A stretch of DNA of 32,409 nucleotides from Burkholderiales bacterium. Lineage in GTDB: Bacteria; Pseudomonadota; Gammaproteobacteria; Burkholderiales; SG8-39. Position 1 is the stretch's first letter. Each line of letters opens with the position of its first letter. The notes below the pieces were generated by a model. That model was not told where the DNA came from and made no database searches. It worked only from the letters and a program-made list of their open reading frames with translations. The translations under genes and the position numbers were made by a program. The DNA is taken from positions 1-32,409 of the forward strand of contig DATLGR010000027.1 of the NCBI GenBank assembly GCA_035540415.1, given 5' to 3'. Below are positions 12,352-19,946 of this stretch, in pieces.

Positions 12352-12738
12352 ATGAGAACCGTCATTTGCGCCCTGGCGGCGGCGCTCGCCGGATGCGCCG
12401 GCCTGCAGCAGCCCGCGCCCGCCGACGTCGCCGCCTACTGCACGCCCGAGAACGCCTTTCGCCTCGGCTCCCAATCGCGCGCCTATTTCGGCGGCTGCCC
12501 GCCGCACGCCGAGCCTGCTTTCCTCGAGGCGCTCGCGCGGGGCCGCGCGCTGGTGATGACTGTGCCGCAAGCCTATCCCTACTACGCGCGAATGGCCGAG
12601 ACCGAGCAGCAGCTTCTGGCGGCGCAGTCGGAGCCGGAGCGCGAGAAGCTGCGCACGCGGCTGCGCGAGCTCGAGTGGTGGGCGATCCACATCTTCAACG
12701 CGCCGGGCACTTACGCCCCGGGCAGCGGCAGGACATAG
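12352..12738 (+). CDS. Small lipoprotein of unknown function, paralog 3 of 3
   Basis: This is the C-terminal part of track ORF 11971-12738. ATG 12352 gives MRTVICALAAALAGC (lipobox LAGC) followed by the same family motifs as paralogs 1 and 2, but more diverged. There is no obvious Shine-Dalgarno sequence, and the start lies 7 nt after the terminator T-tract. Confidence 0.62.
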   Translation: MRTVICALAAALAGCAGLQQPAPADVAAYCTPENAFRLGSQSRAYFGGCPPHAEPAFLEALARGRALVMTVPQAYPYYARMAETEQQLLAAQSEPEREKLRTRLRELEWWAIHIFNAPGTYAPGSGRT

Positions 12739-12756
12739 CCGAGCCGCGTCCCCGCT

Positions 12757-14301
12757 TCAGGGTTTTTCCTCGACCATCCGGCGCAGCCGCTCGCGCGCCA
12801 CGATCCGGTCCACCTTGCCGGCGCCGTTGAGCGGCAGGTCGCGCTCCTCGATGATGCGCACGAAGCGCGGATGCGCGTATTTCGGCCCGTGGTCGAGGCA
12901 ATGGGTTTTCAGCGCCTCCGGGTCCGCGCGGGCGCCGCGCTTGAGCACCACGAGCGCTGCCGGAACATAGCCCTTCACCGCGTGCGGCACCGGCGCCACG
13001 ACCGCGTTGGCCACCGCGGGATGGCGAAAGAGCAGGTCTTCCACCTCCTTCGGATAGATGTTCTCGCCGCCGCAGGAAAACATGTCGTCCACCCGCGTCT
13101 TGAAGTAATAGAACCCATCGCGGTCCCGCCGGAACACGTCGCCGGTGCGCAGCCAGCCGTCGACCAGCTTGTCGCGCGTGACCTCGGGCCGCTTGTGGTA
13201 GCCGGCGCAGTTGTACGGCGACTTCAGCCACACCTCGCCCTCGGCTTCCCCTTCGGGTGGCTGATCCCTGCCGTCGGCGCCGACCAGGCGCACCTGGAAC
13301 TCGGGGGCCTGCACCCCCGGCGAGCCGCGCGGCACCGGGCGAGCGTCCAGCGGCGGCCGGAAGGGGCTGCCGCCTTCGGTCAGGCCGTAGCTCTCCGACA
13401 CGCGCACCCCCGGCAGCGCGCGCTCCACTTCGTCCATGAGCTCGTGCGTCACGACGGCCGATCCGATGGTGAGCTGCTTCAGGGCGGACAGGTCGAGCCG
13501 CGCGAGCGCATCGCGATGCTGCAGGAACATGGTGAAGACCGCGGCCACGCCGCGCGAGGAGGTGCAGCGGTACTTGGCGAGCGCCTCGAGGTAGGCGCGC
13601 GGCTCGTAGCCCGGCATGAGCACGAACGACGCGCCCGCGTAGAGCATCGGCTTCACCGTGCCGCGCATGGCGTTCTTGTGGAACAGCGGCAGCGCGATCA
13701 GGCCGCGCTCGTCGGGGTGCGTGGGCCAGTGGCGCTGGTTGTACCGGACATACCAGAGCATGCCCGCGTGCGTCATGATCGCGCCCTTGGGCAGGCCGGT
13801 GGAGCCGGAGGTATAGGGCTGGAACGCCTGCGCGCCGGAGGCGAGCGCCGGCGGCTGCGCAAGCCGCGGGCTCGCGTCGCGTCGGCGCTCGTACCCGGGA
13901 TCGAGCACGACCACGCTCGGCGTCGAGCGCGCGATCTCGAGGGCATCGGGGTGCGCTTCGGGCTCCACGAACACGGCCCGGCATTCGGCGTCCTCGAGGA
14001 TGAACCGGAGCGTGTCGCGCGCCAGGCGCGTGTTGATGGCGACCGGGATCGCGCCCGCGCGCATCGCGCCGAAGAAGATCTCGAGAAACTCGACCCGGTT
14101 GCCGACGATCATGCCGACGCGCCCGCCCGGCTCGACGCCGAGCGCGCGCACCAGGCCGGCGACGCGGTCGGCCCGCTCGTCGAGCTGCGCGTAGGTGATC
14201 CGGCGCTCGCGGCCGCCGTGGAGATCGATGATGGCCACCTTGTCCGGCGAGCGCCGGACCGAGTCCGCGAAGAAGTAGCCGAGGTTGGTTTCGCGAGTCA
14301 T
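12757..14301 (-). CDS. AMP-dependent synthetase/ligase (ANL superfamily; probable acyl-CoA synthetase, substrate unknown)
   Basis: 514 aa. It carries YTSGSTGLPKGA (A3 / P-loop), TGD..R.D.DGFYYF..R.DDM and the terminal GKVDR lysine motif. ATGA overlap with the upstream M20-like gene. Confidence 0.88.
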   Translation of the reverse strand: MTRETNLGYFFADSVRRSPDKVAIIDLHGGRERRITYAQLDERADRVAGLVRALGVEPGGRVGMIVGNRVEFLEIFFGAMRAGAIPVAINTRLARDTLRFILEDAECRAVFVEPEAHPDALEIARSTPSVVVLDPGYERRRDASPRLAQPPALASGAQAFQPYTSGSTGLPKGAIMTHAGMLWYVRYNQRHWPTHPDERGLIALPLFHKNAMRGTVKPMLYAGASFVLMPGYEPRAYLEALAKYRCTSSRGVAAVFTMFLQHRDALARLDLSALKQLTIGSAVVTHELMDEVERALPGVRVSESYGLTEGGSPFRPPLDARPVPRGSPGVQAPEFQVRLVGADGRDQPPEGEAEGEVWLKSPYNCAGYHKRPEVTRDKLVDGWLRTGDVFRRDRDGFYYFKTRVDDMFSCGGENIYPKEVEDLLFRHPAVANAVVAPVPHAVKGYVPAALVVLKRGARADPEALKTHCLDHGPKYAHPRFVRIIEERDLPLNGAGKVDRIVARERLRRMVEEKP

Positions 14302-15545
14302 TGCTTTCCAAGATAGGAGGCGATCATCCAGGCGTAGACCCGGGCGGCGTCGAAGGTCCTGTCGACCGAGGCCATGTCGAGGTCGGTGTGCGCGAAGGCC
14401 TGCTCGCCCGAGCCGAAATTGGCGGTCGAGATCCCGACCGCATTGAGGTAGCCCTGGTCGTGCGCCGACTGGCCGTAGAAGGTCTCCGGCGCCCGGCCCA
14501 GCATCGCCACGCAGCCGGCCTTGAGCAGCCGCACCACCGGAGCGTCCTCGGTCACGAGGCTCGGATACATGACCGGGCCTTTCTCCACGCTCACCCGCAA
14601 GGGCTTGCCGGAGACCGGATCGGGCCAGCCCTGCATCGAGCGCGCCACGCGCTCGACCTCCGCCACGGCGGCATCGGGGTCCTCGCCGGGCAGCAGGCGC
14701 CGGTCGAGGCCGATCTCGCAGCGATCCTGGACCGTGTGCGTGGACTTGGGATAGCTCTCGATGCGGTTGCAGGTGAGCCAGGCGGTGCCCAGCTGCGGGT
14801 GCGAGCGATCGTTCGGGATCTGCTCGCGCAGCCGCCGCAGCAGCTCCAGCGCGCCGGAGATGGCGTTCGCCGCGTCGTTGGGCCGGCTGGAATGGCCGGG
14901 GGTGCCGTGGACCACCGCCTTGATATCGACCCGCCCGCGATTTCCCAGCTGCAGCTTGAGGCTGTTGCCGTAGACGAAGGCGATGTCGGCGCGCACCCCT
15001 TCCTTCTCCACGACGTTGCGGATGGCGTCGTGCTTGCCGGTTTCCCCGGACACGCAGCAGACGAAAAAGAGCACCCCGTCCAGCGCGATGCCGGCGGCCT
15101 GCACCGCCTCCAGCGCGTGGAGCATCGCAGCCATGGTCCCCTTCTGCTCGCTCGCGCCTTTGCCGAGCACGGCTTCGCCGGGCAGGCCGTGGGGCGTCGC
15201 GTCGATCACGGCGCCGCCGTACGGGTCGGGCATGGTCGAGGGCGGCTGGTTCATGGCGTGCGTGACGAGCATGAGCGAGCGCCCGGAGCGACCGCTGCCT
15301 TTCTGCGCGATGAGGTTGCCCATGCCGTCGAGGCGTGCGCCCGCCATGCCGAGCGCCCGCATCCGGGGAAGCAGCGCCTTTTCCATGAACGCGCGCAGCT
15401 CGGGCTCCTCCTCGAGGAGCGCCGTCTGCGGGCTCGGCACGCGCACGAGCTCCTGCAGCAGCGTTTTCGCGCGGCTGCGGGAAAGATGCGGCTCGAGCCT
15501 GCGGGCAAGCGGATCGGTGCTCATGTCGGCGGGAGTCTCAGCCAT
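14298..15545 (-). CDS. M20/ArgE/DapE-fold metallohydrolase-like protein (divergent metal-ligand motifs)
   Basis: This is the C-terminal 415 codons of track ORF 14298-16724, from ATG 15545 (MAETPADMSTDPL...; alternative ATG at 15524). The motif order and spacing match M20: LVTHAMNQPP, GKGASEQKG, VSGETG, VVHGTPGHSSRP (dimerisation-domain region), FAHTDLD. The 5' extension of the track ORF is antisense to the next gene and is discarded. Confidence 0.78.
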   Translation of the reverse strand: MAETPADMSTDPLARRLEPHLSRSRAKTLLQELVRVPSPQTALLEEEPELRAFMEKALLPRMRALGMAGARLDGMGNLIAQKGSGRSGRSLMLVTHAMNQPPSTMPDPYGGAVIDATPHGLPGEAVLGKGASEQKGTMAAMLHALEAVQAAGIALDGVLFFVCCVSGETGKHDAIRNVVEKEGVRADIAFVYGNSLKLQLGNRGRVDIKAVVHGTPGHSSRPNDAANAISGALELLRRLREQIPNDRSHPQLGTAWLTCNRIESYPKSTHTVQDRCEIGLDRRLLPGEDPDAAVAEVERVARSMQGWPDPVSGKPLRVSVEKGPVMYPSLVTEDAPVVRLLKAGCVAMLGRAPETFYGQSAHDQGYLNAVGISTANFGSGEQAFAHTDLDMASVDRTFDAARVYAWMIASYLGKQ

Positions 15546-15659
15546 TTCGGCGGGCGGGGCGGGCGCGGTTTCGCAGGCGGCATCTATCGCGAATTTAGAA
15601 TAATCTGCGCAAATTGGTGATTTGTTCCGGATTATCCCTCTCCCTAAGATGTGGCGGCC
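15546..15659. promoter_or_regulatory. Divergent promoter/operator region between the M20-ligase operon and the 15-gene operon
   Basis: It is the only sizeable AT-rich spacer in the accessory region. It contains nested, nearly concentric inverted repeats: ATAATC (15600-15605) / GATTAT (15630-15635) and CAAAT (15610-15614) / ATTTG (15620-15624). It also has -10-like hexamers, TAGAAT at 15596-15601 and TAAGAT at 15645-15650. No transcription start can be assigned from sequence alone. Confidence 0.4.
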
Positions 15660-16661
15660 ATGAAAAGCAAGATGCGCGCGGTGGCGATCCGCCAGCACGG
15701 CGGCGTGGAGCAGATGAAGCTCGAGGAGTGGCCGCTCCCGGAAGTGGCGGCGGGCCACGCCCTGGTCGAGATCAAGGCCTGCGGCCTGAACTACATGGAT
15801 GTGTTCGTGCTGCACGGCATGCCGGATCTGCCCACCAGGATGCCGCGCATCATGGGCGGCGACATCGCGGGCGTCGTGCGGGAAGTCGGCGAGGGCGTGG
15901 AGCAGGCCTGGATCGGCAAGCGCGTCGTGCTCTTTCCGCGCTTTCCGGGCGGGGGCGTGCTCGGCGAGCACGGCAACGGCGGCCTGTGCGAGTACATCGC
16001 GGTGGACCAGCGCCAGCTGATCGAGATCCCCGACGGGGTGAGCTTTCGCGAGGCGGCGGCCCTGCCGATCGCCTACGGCACGTCGCACCGCATGCTCTAT
16101 ACGCGCGGCCGCCTGCAGAAGGGGGAGAAGGTCCTGATCCTGGGGGCGAGCGGCGGGGTCGGCGTGTCGTGCCTTCAGTTCGCCAAGATGTCCGGTGCGG
16201 AGGTCTACGCCGTCACCAGCAGCGAGGAAAAGGCCGCCAAGCTCAAGGCGCTGGGGGCCGATCACGTCATCGACACCTCGGCGAATCCCGATTTCTCCCG
16301 GGCGGTCTGGGCCGCGAGCGGCAAGAAGGGCGTCGACGTCGCGGTGAACTTCACCGGCGGCGATACCTGGATCCCCACGCAGCGGTGCATGGCCGTGGAC
16401 GGCCGCATCCTCACCTGCGGCTCCACCGCCGGGCACCTGTGCACCATCGACGTGCGCTTCGTCTGGTTCCGCGAGATCGAGATCATCGGCTCGCGCGCCT
16501 ACCTGCCCGAGGACATCGTGGCCTGCCTCGACTTCGTCGCGCGCAAGGCCCTCGCGCCGGTGGTGGAGAAGGAGCTGCCGCTCGCGGAGGCCGCCGAGGG
16601 CGTGCGCATGCTCGAGGAGCGGCGCGTGTTCGGGAAGGTGCTGGTGCACGTCGGCGCATGA
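15660..16661 (+). CDS. Zinc-independent MDR-family oxidoreductase (quinone oxidoreductase / enoyl reductase-like)
   Basis: MRAVAIRQHGGVEQMKLEEWPLPE..., with GGDIAGVV in place of the Zn-ADH GHE motif, and the Rossmann motif VLILGASGGVG. The start is ambiguous: GTG 15651, ATG 15660 or ATG 15672, all in frame. Confidence 0.85.
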   Translation: MKSKMRAVAIRQHGGVEQMKLEEWPLPEVAAGHALVEIKACGLNYMDVFVLHGMPDLPTRMPRIMGGDIAGVVREVGEGVEQAWIGKRVVLFPRFPGGGVLGEHGNGGLCEYIAVDQRQLIEIPDGVSFREAAALPIAYGTSHRMLYTRGRLQKGEKVLILGASGGVGVSCLQFAKMSGAEVYAVTSSEEKAAKLKALGADHVIDTSANPDFSRAVWAASGKKGVDVAVNFTGGDTWIPTQRCMAVDGRILTCGSTAGHLCTIDVRFVWFREIEIIGSRAYLPEDIVACLDFVARKALAPVVEKELPLAEAAEGVRMLEERRVFGKVLVHVGA

Positions 16662-18154
16662 GCGGGGCGGCCCCGAACCTCGGCAGCATCGGCGCCGAAT
16701 TCCGCCACGAGGACCGCCCGGCAATCATCGACCTCGCCGTCGGCGAGGCGCCGCGCGAGACGAGCTGGCGCGCCTACAACGAGCGCTGCGACGCCCTCGC
16801 CCGCGGCCTCGCGCGCCGGGGGCTCGCGCCCGGCGAGCGCATCGCCCTCGTCTCGGGGAACCGTGCCGAGTTCCTCGAGGTCTTCTACGGCGCGATGCGT
16901 GCCGGCGTGGTGCCGGTGCTCGTGAACATCCTGCAGCCGCCGGAGACCATCGCGTGGGTCATGCGCAACTCCGGCGTGCGCCTCATCTTCTGCGAGGCGG
17001 CGCTGCGCCGCCTCTGCCCGCCGGGCCTGCCCGCGGTGGTGTTCGAGGAGGACTATGGCGCGTTCCTCGACCCCGGCGCGTGGACGCCGTACGCACCGGC
17101 CCATGACGACATCGCGTTCCACGCCTATACCTCGGGCTCCACCGGCAGGCCTAAGGGCGTGCTGCTCTCGCACCGCGCGCACTCGTGGGTGGCCGAGACC
17201 ATGTCGCGCGACCGCGACTTCGGCCCGGCCGACCGCATGGTGGTCGCCGCCGCCCTCTACCACAAGCACGGCATGAATTCGATCAAGTGCGTGCTGGTCG
17301 GGGGCTCGACGCTCATCCTGCTGCGCAAGTTCGAGGCGCGCCGCTACCTCGAGACGGCGACGCGCTATCGCGCCACCGTGGTCTCGGGCGTGCCGACGAT
17401 GTTCGCGCTCATGCTGCAGCATCGCGACCTCATGGACGGGCAGGACTATTCCTACGTGCGCCTCGCCACGCTGGGCGGCGCGCCGGCCTCCGACGTGCTG
17501 GTCGACGAGGTGACGGCGCGCTTTCCGAAGGCGCGCATCCACCTCATCTTCGGCATCACCGAGGCGAGCGCGGCGCTCTTCGGCAAGCACCCCGAGGGAA
17601 AGCCGAAGCCGCGCCACTCGCTCGGCTGGCCGCTGCCGGGCAACGAGCTGCGCCTGGTCGGCGGGGAGCGCGACGACTTCGGCGTGCTCGAGGTGCGCAA
17701 TCCCGGCCTCATGTCCGGCTATGTCAACGATCCCGAGGAGACCGCGCGCAAGCTCAGGGACGGCTGGTATCACAGCGGCGACATCCTGCGCCGCGACGCC
17801 GAGGGCTGGTATTACTTCGTCGGCCGCTCCGACGACATGTTCGTCTCGAGCGGGCACAACATCTATCCGCAGGACGTCGAGATCATGCTCGAGCGCCACG
17901 ACGACATCGAGCAGGCGGTGGTGGTGCCGGTGCCCGACGAGGTGAAGCACACCCTGCCGGTGGCCTTCATTGTGAAGCGCCGGGGCTCGGACCTTGACCC
18001 GGAGGCGGTCAAGCAGTATGCGCTCGAGCACGCGCCGCCCTACCAGCACCCGCGGCAGGTGCACTTCGTGGAGGCGCTGCCGGTGAACACGGTAGGCAAG
18101 ATCGACCGGCGCGCGCTCACCGCGCGCGCCCGCGAGCTCTGGGAGGCGCGATGA
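16658..18154 (+). CDS. AMP-dependent synthetase/ligase (ANL superfamily), paralogous to 12757-14301
   Basis: This is the C-terminal 498 codons of track ORF 15614-18154, from ATG 16658 (ATGA overlap with the reductase stop). It carries YTSGSTGRPKGV, GWYHSGD..RRDAEGWYYFVGRSDDMF and GKIDRR. It shares GNR.EFLE.F.GAMRAG..PV..N with the minus-strand ligase. Confidence 0.88.
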   Translation: MSGAAPNLGSIGAEFRHEDRPAIIDLAVGEAPRETSWRAYNERCDALARGLARRGLAPGERIALVSGNRAEFLEVFYGAMRAGVVPVLVNILQPPETIAWVMRNSGVRLIFCEAALRRLCPPGLPAVVFEEDYGAFLDPGAWTPYAPAHDDIAFHAYTSGSTGRPKGVLLSHRAHSWVAETMSRDRDFGPADRMVVAAALYHKHGMNSIKCVLVGGSTLILLRKFEARRYLETATRYRATVVSGVPTMFALMLQHRDLMDGQDYSYVRLATLGGAPASDVLVDEVTARFPKARIHLIFGITEASAALFGKHPEGKPKPRHSLGWPLPGNELRLVGGERDDFGVLEVRNPGLMSGYVNDPEETARKLRDGWYHSGDILRRDAEGWYYFVGRSDDMFVSSGHNIYPQDVEIMLERHDDIEQAVVVPVPDEVKHTLPVAFIVKRRGSDLDPEAVKQYALEHAPPYQHPRQVHFVEALPVNTVGKIDRRALTARARELWEAR

Positions 18155-18570
18155 CGCTCGAGGAGGCACAGGCGCTGGTGGACCGCGGCCCGTACCTGCG
18201 CTGGCTCGGGCTGAAGGTCGTCGCGGTGGCCGAGGACGCGGTGGAGGTGCGCGCCACCTGGCGCGAGGACTGGGTGGCGAATCCTAGCCTCATGCAGACC
18301 CACGGCGGCATCCTCGCGGCGCTCATCGATTTCGCCGCCGACTTCGCGCTCATCGGCCGCCTCGGCCGGCTCGTGCCGACCATCGACATGCGCGTCGACT
18401 ACCACCGCCTCGCGAAGCCCGGGGACCTCACCGTGCGCGGCCGGGTGATCAAGTTCGGTCGCCAGTTCTCGGTCTGCGAGGCGCAGGTGCTGGATGCGGC
18501 CGGCGAGCTCGTCGCGAGCGGCCGCGGCACCTACCTCAGCGCGCCGCCGCCGGAGAAAAAGCCCGCATGA
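18151..18570 (+). CDS. PaaI/YbgC-type hotdog-fold thioesterase
   Basis: 139 aa. The LG...V.....V.......N..G..HGG..A.L.D pattern appears as NPSLMQTHGGILAALIDFAADFAL, and the C-terminal beta-sheet pattern is typical of PaaI-like 4HBT thioesterases. ATGA overlap on both sides. Confidence 0.8.
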   Translation: MTLEEAQALVDRGPYLRWLGLKVVAVAEDAVEVRATWREDWVANPSLMQTHGGILAALIDFAADFALIGRLGRLVPTIDMRVDYHRLAKPGDLTVRGRVIKFGRQFSVCEAQVLDAAGELVASGRGTYLSAPPPEKKPA

Positions 18571-19946
18571 GGCCCGATGTCCTCGTGATCGGCGGCGGCA
18601 ACGCGGCGCTCTGCGCGGCGCTGACGGCGCGCGAGGCGGGCGCGAGCGTGCTCGTGCTGGAGGCCTCGCCGCGCGCGTGGCGCGGCGGCAACTCGCCGCA
18701 CACCCGCAACATCCGCTGCATGCATGACGCTCCGGACGGGGTGCTCACCGACGCCTACCCCGAGGAGGAGTTCTGGCAGGATCTTCTCAAGGTCACCGGC
18801 GGCGAGACCGACGAGCGCCTGGCGCGGCTCGTCATCCGGCACTCGGCCACCGTGCGCCCCTGGATGCACCGGCACGGCGTGCGCTTCCAGAAGCCGCTGT
18901 CAGGGACGCTGCACCTCGCGCGCACCAACGCCTTCTTCATGGGCGGCGGCAAGGCGCTGGTGAACGCGTACTACCGCAGCGCCGAGGCGCTCGGCGTGGC
19001 AGTGCTCTACGACACGCCGATCGACGCGCTGGAGCTCGACGGCGGCCGCTTCATCGCGGCGCGCGCCGGGGACCGCCGCTTCGAGGCGCGCGCCTGCGTG
19101 CTCGCCTGCGGCGGCTTCGAGTCCAACCGCGAGTGGCTGCGCGAGGCCTGGGGCGAGGTGAACGGGGAGTGGCCGGCCGAGAACTTCCTCATCCGCGGCA
19201 CCCGCTACAACCAGGGCGTGGTGCTGAAGGCGCTGATGGGCGCGGGCGCCGACATGGTGGGCGACCCGACCCAGGGCCATTGCGTGGCGATCGACGCCCG
19301 AGCGCCGCTCTACGACGGCGGAATCACGACGCGCGTCGACTGCGTTTCGCTCGGCATCGTGGTGAACCGCAACGCCGTGCGCTTCTACGACGAAGGCGAG
19401 GATTTCTGGCCCAAGCGCTACGCCATCTGGGGGCGCCTCGTGGCGCAGCAGCCCGCGCAGATCGGCTACTGCCTCATCGACTCGAAGCCCCTCGGGCGCT
19501 TCATGCCGCCGGTGTTCCCCGGGGTAGAGGCGCCGAGCGTGGGTGAGCTCGCGCGCGCGCTCGGGCTCGAGCCGCAGACGCTCGAGCGCACGGTGCGCGA
19601 GTTCAACGCCGCCTGCCGCGTCGGCAGCTTCGATCATTCGGTGCTCGACGACTGCCGCACCGAGGGCCTCACGCCGCCGAAGACGCACTGGGCGCGGCCG
19701 CTCGATACGCCGCCCTACTACGGCTACGCCGTGCGGCCGGGGCTCACCTTCACCTACCTTGGCGCCCGCGTGGACGAGCGCGCGCGGGTGCATTTCGCCG
19801 GCGCGCCGAGCGCCAACCTCTTCGCCGCCGGGGAGCTCATGGCGGGCAACGTGCTCGGCAAGGGCTATACCGCCGGGGTCGGCATGACGATCGGCACTGC
19901 CTTTGGGCGCATCGCGGGGGAGGGGGCGGCGCATGCAGCGCACTGA
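18567..19946 (+). CDS. tcuA: FAD-dependent tricarballylate dehydrogenase TcuA family
   Basis: [49 protein letters not shown]....[17 protein letters not shown] matches my recollection of Salmonella TcuA almost motif for motif. The length of 459 aa is typical. Confidence 0.85.
   Translation: MRPDVLVIGGGNAALCAALTAREAGASVLVLEASPRAWRGGNSPHTRNIRCMHDAPDGVLTDAYPEEEFWQDLLKVTGGETDERLARLVIRHSATVRPWMHRHGVRFQKPLSGTLHLARTNAFFMGGGKALVNAYYRSAEALGVAVLYDTPIDALELDGGRFIAARAGDRRFEARACVLACGGFESNREWLREAWGEVNGEWPAENFLIRGTRYNQGVVLKALMGAGADMVGDPTQGHCVAIDARAPLYDGGITTRVDCVSLGIVVNRNAVRFYDEGEDFWPKRYAIWGRLVAQQPAQIGYCLIDSKPLGRFMPPVFPGVEAPSVGELARALGLEPQTLERTVREFNAACRVGSFDHSVLDDCRTEGLTPPKTHWARPLDTPPYYGYAVRPGLTFTYLGARVDERARVHFAGAPSANLFAAGELMAGNVLGKGYTAGVGMTIGTAFGRIAGEGAAHAAH

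Larger units (their letters stand above)
11539..12738 (+). repeat. Tandem triplication of a ~385-bp lipoprotein gene unit
   Basis: Three consecutive same-strand paralogs of 125, 128 and 128 codons. Copies 1 and 2 share long nucleotide identities, for example the 17-mer GCCTACCTGGGCGGCTG at 11668-11684 and 12054-12070. Confidence 0.8.

Noticed and set aside
15546-16724. N-terminal extension making the M20-like gene an 808-aa protein. Likewise the 846-aa ORF 15614-18154 would extend the second ligase.
   Set aside because: The extensions run antisense to, or out of frame across, the well-supported MDR reductase gene. They carry no domain signatures. Internal ATGs at 15545 and 16658 give proteins of canonical length, with ATGA coupling to their neighbours.
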